A stretch of DNA of 32,000 nucleotides, from NCBI GenBank assembly GCA_964565725.1, contig CAZMGA010000004.1, forward strand, positions 1-32,000, written 5' to 3'. This document shows, one piece after another, positions 1-8,046 of the stretch. The DNA comes from an uncultured archaeon. Lineage in GTDB: Archaea; Iainarchaeota; Iainarchaeia; Iainarchaeales; 0-14-0-20-30-16. The notes beneath the pieces were generated by a model, which saw nothing but the letters and a program-made list of their open reading frames with translations, was not told the origin of the DNA and ran no database searches. Made by a program: the position numbers and the translations under genes. Numbering within the stretch: the first letter of the stretch is position 1; every line of letters begins with the position of its first letter.

Positions 1-39
1 TTATAGAAAAACATATAAATTATAATTCTTATTTATATT

Positions 40-627
40 ATGAATTCAAATTATATATCTAACAAAAGAAAAAAACAATATTTTGACGAACTTAAAAAAC
101 AAGAATTGTTAAAAATGTCTGAATTTAGTTTGTGGTTAGATTCGTATAATGATATATTTTCTGATTTTGATCCTCGCCCTGATTCTTTAAGAGCTTTATC
201 TCAAGATTTTGTTGAAGAAGCAAAAAGAGCTGTTAAGGATAGAGATTCTGGTGAGTTAACTTTAAGTTTATTAATAGATGATAAATTAAGAGACCCTATA
301 GAAGAAGAAATAATTACAAAAAGATTACATGAACATTTTACAAAACATTTTAATTGTCAGAAAAAAGAACGAAAAAAAATTTTAAAAAAAGGACTTATAT
401 TTGTAATTGTTGGAATTTTATTATTATTTATTGCAACTATACTATTAGTAAATTTTGGAAATACTAGTTATCAAATGGCTTTTTTATTAATTGTAATGGA
501 ACCAGCTGGTTGGTTTTTTGCGTGGGAAGGTCTTAATTTAGCAATATTTTATAGTAAAGAAGAAACAAAAGATTATGATTTTTACAAAAAAATGCAAAAA
601 TGTAAAATCCACTTTGTGTCTTATTAA
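40..627 (+). CDS. hypothetical membrane protein (soluble N-terminal half, two C-terminal TM helices)
   Basis: 195-aa ORF with hydrophobic segments GLIFVIVGILLLFIATILLV and MAFLLIVMEPAGWFFAWEGL. AT-rich TATA-like sequence about 20-28 nt upstream of the ATG. No family recognised. Confidence 0.45.
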   Translation: MNSNYISNKRKKQYFDELKKQELLKMSEFSLWLDSYNDIFSDFDPRPDSLRALSQDFVEEAKRAVKDRDSGELTLSLLIDDKLRDPIEEEIITKRLHEHFTKHFNCQKKERKKILKKGLIFVIVGILLLFIATILLVNFGNTSYQMAFLLIVMEPAGWFFAWEGLNLAIFYSKEETKDYDFYKKMQKCKIHFVSY

Positions 628-678
628 ATTGAAAATCTTTTTAGGATAATAAGAAAGATTTAAATATTAACTTATTTA

Positions 679-696
679 TAATATATAATATATAGT
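679..696 (+). promoter_or_regulatory. recurrent 18-nt AT motif TAATATATAATATATAGT, 7 nt upstream of the lonB ATG (promoter/TATA or TSS-region element)
   Basis: An exact second copy lies at 12289..12306. A 15/15 core copy lies at 31936..31950, and a looser copy upstream of ndk (about 21042..21060). Confidence 0.35.
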
Positions 697-702
697 GATA
701 AT

Positions 703-2580
703 ATGGTTTTAGAATATAAAGATACATCCGAAATAAAAGTTCCTGAATTATTAATAGACCAAGTAATAGGTCAAGAAAATGCAGTAAAAATAATTAAAAA
801 AGCAGCAAAACAAAGAAGAAACGTATTATTAGTAGGAGAACCAGGAACTGGAAAATCAATGATCGCCAAAGCAATGGCTGATATTATGCCTATAGATAAT
901 TTAAATGATGTTTTGGCATATCCTAATCCTTTAGATTCTAATGAACCAATAATTCATAGTTCTAAAGCAGGTGAAGGAAAACAATTAATTGAAAAAATTA
1001 AATTAGATGAAAAAGCAATGGAAGATTCTTTTAGATTAATTACTTTTATTATTCCTATTGTTTGGTTTATATTGAGTGTAATATTTTGGCAATTAGGATT
1101 TATTTCTGATATCATATTTGCAGCTACTTTATTGATTGGAGCTGTAATTGTTTTTGGTATGGTTTTATCTTCACAAATGAAGATGAAAGAAAAAATAAGA
1201 TCCCCTAAAATTTTGATAGATAATAGTGGTAAAAAAAATGCTCCTTTTGTAGATGCAACTGGTGCAAAAGCTGGTGCTTTATTTGGAGATGTAAAACATG
1301 ATCCTTTACAATCAGGTGGCTTAGGTACTCCTCCACATTTAAGGGTTATGCCTGGAATGGTTCATAAAGCAGATAAAGGTGTTTTATTTATTGATGAAAT
1401 TGCAACTTTAAGCCCTAATTCACAACAAGATATTTTAACTGCTATGCAAGAAAAGAAAATGTCTATTACTGGTCAAAGTGAGTTGAGTTCTGGTGCTATG
1501 GTTAGAACTAAACCAGTTCCTTGTAATTTTGTTTTAGTTGCAGCTGGTAATTATGAAGCATTACAACATGTACATCCAGCATTAAGATCTAGAATAAGAG
1601 GTTATGGTTATGAAATTCATATGAACAAAGATATGGATGATACTCCTGAAAATAGAAATAAATTAGTTCAATTTGTGGCACAAGAAATTAAAGGAGATGG
1701 AAAAATACCTCACTTTACAAAAGATGCTGTAGAAATAATTATCTTTGAAGCAAAAACTAGATCTTCTGGAAAAGATAAATTAACTTTAAAATTAAGAGAA
1801 TTAGGTGGTTTAATTAGAGCTTCTGGCGATTTAGCATTAGAAAGAAATCATAAATTAGTAACTCAAGAAGATATTTTAGATGCTAAAAAATTGTCTGGTA
1901 CTTTAGAAGAACAAATGGTTGAAAAATATATAGAATATACAAAAAATTATGAAGTATTTGAAAACAAAGGTAAAACTGTAGGAAAAGTAAATGGTTTGGC
2001 AGTATTAAGTGATATGTTAACAGGTACAATCATACCTATTGAATCTGAATTGGCGCCAGCACAATCTAAACACGAAGGAAAAATAATTGCTACTGGTAAA
2101 TTAGGAGAAATAGCAAAAGAAGCTGTATTAAATATATCTGCAATTATAAAAAATATTTCTAATATTGATTTATCTAGTTATGATGTTTATATTCAATTTT
2201 TACAAACTTATTCTGGTGTTGAAGGAGATAGTGCCTCAGTATCAATAACCACAGCAGTAATATCTGCAATTACAAATATACCTGTAGACCAAAATTTAGC
2301 TATGACTGGTTCATTGAGTGTTAAAGGGGAAGTTATGCCTATTGGTGGTGCAACTGCAAAAGTAAAAGCAGCAATAAAAGCAGGATTTAAAAAAGTAATT
2401 TTGCCAAAAGCAAATTTAGGTGATGTAGTATTATTGAAAGAAGACAAAAAGAAAATAAATATAATTCCTGCAAACACATTATATGATGTTTTAGATAATG
2501 CTTTAATAGATTGTGTTGCAAAAAAAACATTATTAAAAAGATTAAAGAGTGAAATGAATAAGAAGGGAAATTATGAATAG
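703..2580 (+). CDS. lonB: membrane-bound archaeal Lon protease (LonB type)
   Basis: Walker A GEPGTGKS and Walker B-like VLFIDEI. Two TM helices are inserted in the AAA+ module ([38 protein letters not shown]), as is typical of LonB. C-terminal Lon protease domain with the catalytic Ser motif [10 protein letters not shown] and the downstream Lys region [14 protein letters not shown]. Confidence 0.95.
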   Translation: MVLEYKDTSEIKVPELLIDQVIGQENAVKIIKKAAKQRRNVLLVGEPGTGKSMIAKAMADIMPIDNLNDVLAYPNPLDSNEPIIHSSKAGEGKQLIEKIKLDEKAMEDSFRLITFIIPIVWFILSVIFWQLGFISDIIFAATLLIGAVIVFGMVLSSQMKMKEKIRSPKILIDNSGKKNAPFVDATGAKAGALFGDVKHDPLQSGGLGTPPHLRVMPGMVHKADKGVLFIDEIATLSPNSQQDILTAMQEKKMSITGQSELSSGAMVRTKPVPCNFVLVAAGNYEALQHVHPALRSRIRGYGYEIHMNKDMDDTPENRNKLVQFVAQEIKGDGKIPHFTKDAVEIIIFEAKTRSSGKDKLTLKLRELGGLIRASGDLALERNHKLVTQEDILDAKKLSGTLEEQMVEKYIEYTKNYEVFENKGKTVGKVNGLAVLSDMLTGTIIPIESELAPAQSKHEGKIIATGKLGEIAKEAVLNISAIIKNISNIDLSSYDVYIQFLQTYSGVEGDSASVSITTAVISAITNIPVDQNLAMTGSLSVKGEVMPIGGATAKVKAAIKAGFKKVILPKANLGDVVLLKEDKKKINIIPANTLYDVLDNALIDCVAKKTLLKRLKSEMNKKGNYE

Positions 2581-3547
2581 AGCAATTAAAAAACAAATAT
2601 TTGTGAGTTTTATTATTTTGTTTGTTTTGTTGGCAATTTATTTTGCATTAGATTTGTTTACTGCTTTACCTGAATATGTTAAATGGGTTATTTTAATAGT
2701 TGGCATAATCATTTTTTTTATGGTTTTAATGGCAAAGACTGGTTTTATATTATTTTTACAAGAATTTCAAAGAGCTGTTATTTTTAGATTTGGTAGATTA
2801 AATAGAGTTGCAGGTCCTGGTTGGGCTTTAATGATTCCTGGTATTGAAATTTATAATATGGTTGATTTAAGAGTAATGACTATTGATGTTCCACAACAAG
2901 AAGTATTGACAAAAGATAATGTAGCATTAAAAATAGATGCTGTAATTTATTTAGCTGTAAAAAAAGATCCTAAATCAATAATAAATTCTATTGTGGCTGT
3001 TGAAGATTATAAAAAAGCAGCACAATTATTTATTAAATCTAGTGTTAGAGAAGTAATAGGTAATATGGTATTATCAGACGTAGTGAGTAATATTAATCAA
3101 ATGAATTCTAATTTGAAAAAAGAATTAGAAAGAATTAGTGAGAGTTGGGGTTTAGATATTCAAAGTGTAGAGTTAAAAGAAATAATTGTTCCTGATATTG
3201 TAGTTAAAGCTATGCACGAACAAAAAGCAGCAGTACAAGAGAAGTTAGCAACAATACAAAGAGCAGAAGCAGAGAAGGAAAAAATAGCTGCAATAAATCA
3301 ATCTGCATCAGAATTAAGTGATAAATCTATAAGTTATTATTATATAAAAGCATTAGAAGAAATGTCTAGAGGTTCATCAACTAAAATTATTTTTCCTATG
3401 GAATTTTCTAGGTTAGCTGAAATATTGGCTGGAAAAGTTGCCCCAAAAGCAAATGAAAAAAGTAAGGTTGAAAATTTTATAGATAAATATGGAGATTTAA
3501 TAGAAGAAAATATAGATAAAGTAGAAAAGAAGGCAAAAAAGAAATAA
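2573..3547 (+). CDS. SPFH/band-7 (stomatin/prohibitin-like) membrane protein
   Basis: N-terminal hydrophobic hairpin followed by a typical SPFH core ([28 protein letters not shown]...[13 protein letters not shown]...IDAVIY) and an Ala/Glu-rich coiled-coil tail. The start overlaps the lonB stop by 8 nt. Confidence 0.9.
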   Translation: MNRAIKKQIFVSFIILFVLLAIYFALDLFTALPEYVKWVILIVGIIIFFMVLMAKTGFILFLQEFQRAVIFRFGRLNRVAGPGWALMIPGIEIYNMVDLRVMTIDVPQQEVLTKDNVALKIDAVIYLAVKKDPKSIINSIVAVEDYKKAAQLFIKSSVREVIGNMVLSDVVSNINQMNSNLKKELERISESWGLDIQSVELKEIIVPDIVVKAMHEQKAAVQEKLATIQRAEAEKEKIAAINQSASELSDKSISYYYIKALEEMSRGSSTKIIFPMEFSRLAEILAGKVAPKANEKSKVENFIDKYGDLIEENIDKVEKKAKKK

Positions 3548-3595
3548 GCTTTTAAACCCTATTCTACAAAATATTATATACTAATTGGTGATTAT

Positions 3596-3757
3596 ATGAA
3601 TAATAAATTTGAAAAGACAAGAATATTGTCTGCAAGAGCTTTACAAGTGAATGATGGTGCAATAACTACTGTTAAGCCTAAATCTAATAAAACAATAGAT
3701 ATTGTAAAACAAGAATTTGAGGAAAATAAAGTTCCTTTAAAAATAACAAGGAAGTGA
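3596..3757 (+). CDS. rpoK: DNA-directed RNA polymerase subunit K (Rpo6/omega-like), 53 aa
   Basis: Hand translation: MNNKFEKTRILSARALQVNDGAITTVKPKSNKTIDIVKQEFEENKVPLKITRK. This shows the Rpo6 signature (E-x-TRIL-x-ARALQ...GA ... E-x-x-x-x-K-[IV]-P-L-x-I-x-R). GGTGA SD at 3587..3591, TGA stop at 3755..3757. It falls below the ORF-track size cutoff; the track shows only the antisense shadow ORF 3592..3774. Confidence 0.75.
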   Translation: MNNKFEKTRILSARALQVNDGAITTVKPKSNKTIDIVKQEFEENKVPLKITRK

Positions 3758-3761
3758 AAAT

Positions 3762-3956
3762 ATGGGAAATGCAATGGCTAAACCTTTAAAAACTAAATCT
3801 GAATTTATGAGATCTGAAATGAAAGATAGATTAAATACTGATTTTGAACACAATAAAAAAGCAATAGATGATTTAAAATTGCCAATTTCTAAAAAAGTTA
3901 GAAATAGAATGGCTGGTTATATTGTAAGAAAAAATAAAAGAGAAAAATCAGAGTAG
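3762..3956 (+). CDS. rps17e: 30S ribosomal protein eS17 (S17e)
   Basis: The MGN... start and the region TDFEHNKKAIDDL...ISKKVRNRMAGYIVR match the conserved eS17 core (TxDFxxNKK...SK+LRN+IAGYIT+). Size is typical of archaeal eS17. Confidence 0.85.
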   Translation: MGNAMAKPLKTKSEFMRSEMKDRLNTDFEHNKKAIDDLKLPISKKVRNRMAGYIVRKNKREKSE

Positions 3957-3957
3957 A

Positions 3958-3980
3958 TTTTTCTTTTAATTCTATTTTTT
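3958..3980 (+). terminator. oligo-T tract downstream of rps17e (archaeal-type terminator candidate)
   Basis: tttttcttttaattctatttttt lies directly after the TAG stop. Archaeal RNAP terminates at oligo-T runs. Confidence 0.35.
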
Positions 3981-4015
3981 AAATAAAAAAATAAAAAAAA
4001 ATTAAAAAAATAAAT

Positions 4016-4078
4016 TTATTTTTTTCCTTTTTTAGCAGGAGCTTTAGGAGCTTCTTTTTTTGCTTTTTTTGCAACCAT
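4016..4078 (-). CDS. 20-aa Lys/Ala/Pro-rich mini-ORF (MVAKKAKKEAPKAPAKKGKK), expression unproven
   Basis: The ATG is preceded by GAGGTGA (4084..4090) at 5-nt spacing, with AT-rich TATA-like sequence further upstream. It shares the 14-mer CCTTTTTTAGCAGG with the 3' end of rpl10e. Confidence 0.2.
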   Translation of the reverse strand: MVAKKAKKEAPKAPAKKGKK

Positions 4079-4210
4079 TTTTCTCACCTCGAAAAATATA
4101 TTCTAAATGAAATATTGTGCAAAAATATATATATATGTATTATAATTTTTTAATAAAAATAAGAAATTAAAATTTATAAAATAAAAAAAGTAAAGTTAGA
4201 AATAGAAAAT

Positions 4211-4951
4211 CTATTTCTTACCTTTTTTAGCAGGCTCTGCAGTTTTACCTTTAGTGTCTGCTTTTGCATCTTTTGGAGAATCTTTTGCGTTAGCTGGTTT
4301 TCCTCCTTTTGTAGGAGTTGGTGCAGTTTTTTCTGCATTTTTTGCCATCATGGATTCTTTATCTTTACCAGTCATTCTAGCTAACTTTGCTTCTCTAGTC
4401 CACTTCTTTCTACCACATAATCTTTTATTTAAATGTTCAGATTGTTTTATTTCATAATCCAAATTAATTTTATATCTTAAAGCATCTAACATTTTTTTAA
4501 CTGCTGTAGTTTTTGCACTATCTATTACAACAGATAATAAAATTTGACCTTTTCTAATTTGTACAGCTCTTAAACTGTTTTTTCCAAATGCTTTTTTCAT
4601 ACCACTAGAAACTCTATCTGCACCTGCACCTGTTGCACCTTTGTGCTCTCTTATTATATGGTGAGGGTACGCTCTAATTTTTATAAAATAATCATCTTTA
4701 CCCATTTCTTTTGTTAATTTTTTTACTAACTTTTGTCTCATAGCTTCTAAAGCGTTGTCTCTAATTTGTATACTTTCTTTTGCAACTATATCAAAAACAG
4801 TGTTATAATCTTTTGTTTGATTACCCATTGCAAAATCTCTTGTTCTTACTCCTGGTACACCACCTAAAAAATTCTTTCTTTGAACTTTTGGTGCTACTCT
4901 AGTAAATGATCTTTCTATATTTCTTGTACATCTTCCAGGTCTTAATCCCAT
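4211..4951 (-). CDS. rpl10e: 50S ribosomal protein uL16 (L10e) with about 60-aa Lys/Ala/Pro-rich C-terminal extension
   Basis: N-terminus MGLRPGRCTR and core ...IRAYPHHIIREHK.ATGAGADRVSSGMKKAFGK... are diagnostic of L10e/uL16. Residues about 187-246 (AKLARMTGKDKES...PANAKDSPKDAKADTKGKTAEPAKKGKK) form a low-complexity basic tail. Confidence 0.9.
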   Translation of the reverse strand: MGLRPGRCTRNIERSFTRVAPKVQRKNFLGGVPGVRTRDFAMGNQTKDYNTVFDIVAKESIQIRDNALEAMRQKLVKKLTKEMGKDDYFIKIRAYPHHIIREHKGATGAGADRVSSGMKKAFGKNSLRAVQIRKGQILLSVVIDSAKTTAVKKMLDALRYKINLDYEIKQSEHLNKRLCGRKKWTREAKLARMTGKDKESMMAKNAEKTAPTPTKGGKPANAKDSPKDAKADTKGKTAEPAKKGKK

Positions 4952-5051
4952 AAATACACCCTTTATATTTTAAAAATAAGTTTAAATAGTAAAACTTTAT
5001 TAAATAATTAGATGCCAAATATATATAAATATATCTAAAATTATTATAATT

Positions 5052-5537
5052 ATGAAAAAAAATATAAATTATATAATAGGGTTAATTTTTTTAGGCTTGG
5101 GTATAATTTCATTAATATTTTATGTATTATTAAAAAATATTTATTTTATTATTTTAGTATTTTTATTTATTGCTTTATTTTTATCATTTTTTCTTTTTAA
5201 ACCTAAAAAACCAAATTCTTTAAGAAAAATAATTCAATTAAATAAAGAAAAAGAAAATTTGTTGTTGCAAAAAACAAATATTCAAAAGCAATATCTTAAA
5301 AGAGAAATTTCTGAAAAACAATATATTACTAATGTGTTGGACATAGATAAAAAAGTTTTATTTTTAGATTATGATATTGTTTATTTTGATATTCCTTTAG
5401 AAGAAAAGGATGAATATAAAAGAAAAATTAAATTCGCACAAAAACAATATTTCAAAAATAAAATTAATGAAGAATTATATAATATTATTCAATCAGATTT
5501 ATCAAAAAAAATTGCAAATTTTGACAAAAAACATTAA
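5052..5537 (+). CDS. hypothetical membrane protein (two N-terminal TM helices, charged C-terminal domain)
   Basis: 161-aa ORF with TM segments IIGLIFLGLGIISLIFYVLL and IYFIILVFLFIALFLSFFLF. Two SHOCT-like motifs (REISEKQYITNVL, NKINEELYNIIQSDL) are only a tentative reading. TATA-like ATATATAAAT lies about 25 nt upstream of the ATG and there is no SD, which suggests a leaderless transcript. Confidence 0.5.
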   Translation: MKKNINYIIGLIFLGLGIISLIFYVLLKNIYFIILVFLFIALFLSFFLFKPKKPNSLRKIIQLNKEKENLLLQKTNIQKQYLKREISEKQYITNVLDIDKKVLFLDYDIVYFDIPLEEKDEYKRKIKFAQKQYFKNKINEELYNIIQSDLSKKIANFDKKH

Positions 5538-5539
5538 AG

Positions 5540-6001
5540 TTATTTTCTGTGTAAATTTATTCTCAATTTAGGTTTTAAATAAACTCTTGGTCTTTTAAAA
5601 TAAGTATCTTGATATGTTTTCCTAATTTTTCTAACTAATTTTGCAGGAATTACAAAATCTCCATTTTTTGTTTCAATTATTCCTGCGTTTTTATTTAAGA
5701 TTGAATAAGTAAAATATCTGCCTTGAGGTAAAAGAAAGTTTGGTTTTATATACAATCCTGTAATTGGTGAACCATAATCTTTAATCATTTCAATAAGTAA
5801 TTTTTTAGCCGGGCTTAAAATATTTTCTTTATTATATTCTTTTCTTATTTCTGGTGCTTCTATACCTTGTAATTTATTTATAAATACGCCTAATCCAAAC
5901 CCATTTACTTGTAATTCAGCTACTCTTTTTTTTGTATTTATCTCAACAATATAATAATTAGTTCCATATAGATTAGTGCTTTTTTCAATATAAAAATTCA
6001 T
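5540..6001 (-). CDS. hypothetical protein, co-oriented 7 nt downstream of cdc6
   Basis: 153-aa ORF with a basic C-terminus (KRPRVYLKPKLRINLHRK). No family recognised. The 7-nt gap to the cdc6 stop suggests co-transcription. Confidence 0.5.
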   Translation of the reverse strand: MNFYIEKSTNLYGTNYYIVEINTKKRVAELQVNGFGLGVFINKLQGIEAPEIRKEYNKENILSPAKKLLIEMIKDYGSPITGLYIKPNFLLPQGRYFTYSILNKNAGIIETKNGDFVIPAKLVRKIRKTYQDTYFKRPRVYLKPKLRINLHRK

Positions 6002-6008
6002 ATTCTCA

Positions 6009-7208
6009 CTAAAAATCAGTTTCTAAAATTTTTAAAGCTATATTTGAATCAATTGCCATTTTAATTAATGTTGTTGAACCTCTTACCCCTTTTCCAGATG
6101 TTGAAATTATTAAAAAACCATATGTGCTTAATTCATCTAAATACTGTTTAAACCATTTCATAGATACTGGTTGTTTACCTATATTTTTTATTTGTTTTAC
6201 ATATTCTAAATATGCATCTCCAGAATATATTACGTGTCCATCATCCAATAAGTGTGTTGAAAATCTATTATTTTTTACCATGTTTGCAATTGCAAATAAA
6301 ACTATTTTAATTTGTTCTGGCAATGTAGATAACATATCCACAATTATTTCTATTTCTACTTGTTTTTTTGCTTCTTTAATTTCTAAGTCTGTAATCTTAA
6401 AAGTATTTTTTTTATCTGCTAATTCTCCTGCGCTTTCTAATAACAATAAAGCAGTTCTTGCGTCTCCTGATTCTTGTGCTGCATATGCTGCTGCTAAAGA
6501 TATTGCGCTTTCTTCAACAGAATTTTCTATAAATCCTAAAGGTATTCTTTGTTTTAATATTTCTTTTAATTCTTGTGCATTGTATGGTGGAAATATTAAT
6601 TCTTTTTTGCACAATCCAGATTTTGTTCTTGTATCTAATTCGTCTTTAAATAAAACATTATTAGATATTCCTATTATGGTTGTGCCACCTTTTTTTAATT
6701 CATCATTTAATCTAACAATAGAATATATTGTATCATTGGCATCTTTAATTAAATCTATTTCATCTAAAACAATCATTAAGAATAAATTATTTTTTTCAAT
6801 TTCTTTTACTATATTGTCATAAATAAAACTTGCAGAATAACCAAAATAACTTTTAGGGAATAATTTGTCTGCAATTTTTAATAATACTTTGTATTTTGAA
6901 TTATAAGTTCTACAATTTAAATAAACAGTTAATAGTTTTTGTTCTAATTCGCTTTCATTTTGTATTTCTTGCATTTTTGCTAATACTTTATTAATTGTTG
7001 ATGTTTTTCCTGTTCCACATTTACCATAGATAAATATATTATTTGGTTTATTTCCTTGTAATGCTGGTGCCAAATTTATTATTATTTCTTGAATTTGTTG
7101 TTCTCTAAATGGCAAAGTATCTGGAACATAATGTGGTGAAATTAAATCTTTATTTTTAAAAACACTCTTTTTATTTATCTCTTTTCTAAACATTTCCTTT
7201 ATGTCCAT
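6009..7208 (-). CDS. cdc6: Orc1/Cdc6 replication initiator
   Basis: The N-terminal region VPDTLPFREQQIQEI is typical of Orc1/Cdc6. Walker A GKCGTGKT, Walker B MIVLDEIDLI, sensor region GDARTALLLLE, and a C-terminal winged-helix-sized domain. Confidence 0.95.
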   Translation of the reverse strand: MDIKEMFRKEINKKSVFKNKDLISPHYVPDTLPFREQQIQEIIINLAPALQGNKPNNIFIYGKCGTGKTSTINKVLAKMQEIQNESELEQKLLTVYLNCRTYNSKYKVLLKIADKLFPKSYFGYSASFIYDNIVKEIEKNNLFLMIVLDEIDLIKDANDTIYSIVRLNDELKKGGTTIIGISNNVLFKDELDTRTKSGLCKKELIFPPYNAQELKEILKQRIPLGFIENSVEESAISLAAAYAAQESGDARTALLLLESAGELADKKNTFKITDLEIKEAKKQVEIEIIVDMLSTLPEQIKIVLFAIANMVKNNRFSTHLLDDGHVIYSGDAYLEYVKQIKNIGKQPVSMKWFKQYLDELSTYGFLIISTSGKGVRGSTTLIKMAIDSNIALKILETDF

Positions 7209-7280
7209 ATATATAACCTAAAACAAAAAATATATAAAGTAATAGGAAAACTTTTTTAAATTGGTTTACTTCTTATATTA

Positions 7281-7745
7281 ATGTTGAAAAAATATAAGGA
7301 TATTATAAAATTATTTTTTAATGTTTGTATTAGTTTAACTATATTTTATATTTTAAGTTTTTTTATAAAATTACAATATCCTATAGTAAAATTATTCAAT
7401 TATTTTAAATTAGTTGATTCTTTTGGGGTTGCAAATATAAATAATAATATAATAATTATAGATTCCCAATGTTCTGGTTTTTTTTCGATTTTTGTTTTTA
7501 TAACTGTAATATTAAGTCCTTTAACAAATTTGAACAAAAAACAAAAATTAATTTATTGTATTTTAGGTTCATTAATATTATATTTGACAAATATTTTGCG
7601 ATTATCAATTTTTTTCATATTCCCTAATTATTTTGACTTAGTTCATTTTTTAGGTTGGATTTTAATGTCTTTTTTAATTTTAATATTATGGTATATTGCA
7701 AACAAAACTAAAAGAATTATACCAAATCAACATAATTCCTTATAA
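7281..7745 (+). CDS. exosortase/archaeosortase-family protein, minimal (154 aa) form
   Basis: Polytopic membrane protein carrying the family's signature residues in TM context: Cys64 in IIIIDSQCSGFFSIF, Arg107 in LTNILRLSIFF, His122 in LVHFLGWIL. Recognised by eye only. Confidence 0.6.
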   Translation: MLKKYKDIIKLFFNVCISLTIFYILSFFIKLQYPIVKLFNYFKLVDSFGVANINNNIIIIDSQCSGFFSIFVFITVILSPLTNLNKKQKLIYCILGSLILYLTNILRLSIFFIFPNYFDLVHFLGWILMSFLILILWYIANKTKRIIPNQHNSL

Positions 7746-8031
7746 AACCTTGGTGCTAATATATTTATTATATATAGGTGATTTTATACCAATAAAGAAA
7801 CCATTAACTTATAAAAAGACAGTAAAGGGCAAAGAAATAACTAAATTATCAAAATCTTCTACCCATAAGGAAGTAAAAAAAGCAAGACAAAATATTACGA
7901 GCGAACAAGTATCTAGTATTTTGACAGAATCAAAATTAATAGGTAAACAAGTTGTTCGTTTATTATTATCAAAAGGATTAGATGCAAGACAATTAAAATT
8001 AAGAGGTATTTTATCACATATTTTAAAATAA
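7696..8031 (+). CDS. hypothetical protein; C-terminus carries two decapeptide repeats; same frame as 8047..8361 across one TAA
   Basis: The only ATG overlaps the archaeosortase-like gene by 50 nt, so the start is uncertain (AGGTGA at about 7776). The C-terminus LLLSKGLDAR-QLKLRGILSH fits the xLxxxG[YFL]xxx unit of the next ORF. The TAA stop is at 8029..8031 and the next ORF is in frame 15 nt later. Confidence 0.35.
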   Translation: MQTKLKELYQINIIPYKTLVLIYLLYIGDFIPIKKPLTYKKTVKGKEITKLSKSSTHKEVKKARQNITSEQVSSILTESKLIGKQVVRLLLSKGLDARQLKLRGILSHILK

Positions 8032-8046
8032 AAATTAAACTTATCT

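Noticed and set aside
2208-2596. Minus-strand ORFs 2208..2477 and 2387..2596 inside lonB
   Set aside because: They are antisense shadow ORFs within a strongly supported CDS. Their translations are F/L/I-rich and low-information, as expected for the reverse complement of K/N/E-rich AT-biased coding sequence.
3957-4210. The 254-nt A/T-tract-rich spacer as a DNA unwinding element or origin, or as a non-coding RNA
   Set aside because: The tracts are explained as convergent oligo-T terminators plus promoter/SD sequence for the mini-ORF. No repeats or conserved structure are visible. It is kept only as a place to look if skew analysis points here.
6124-6822. 232-aa plus-strand ORF antisense to cdc6, and similar antisense ORFs at 4254..4457, 10749..10979, 11608..11951, 15465..15737, 16063..16326, 17054..17239, 19856..20083, 22811..23026, 26229..26632, 28588..28788 and 30891..31196
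   Set aside because: Each lies entirely within a longer opposite-strand or alternative-frame CDS that has clear family motifs. Stop codons are rare on the antisense strand of such AT-rich genes, and none has recognisable motifs or start signals.
7209-7280. The spacer upstream of cdc6 as the replication origin (GGAAAAC / GGTTTAC half-sites)
   Set aside because: It is only 72 nt. The candidate inverted half-sites match at 4 of 6 positions, and there is no repeated ORB-like element. It is insufficient to call an origin.
8029-8031. In-frame TAA as evidence of stop-codon reassignment
   Set aside because: TAA terminates most well-supported genes in this window (lonB, SPFH, cdc6, cca and others), and TGA and TAG are also used as stops. 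Global recoding is therefore untenable. Only local readthrough, a pseudogene or an error remain, as reported in the findings.
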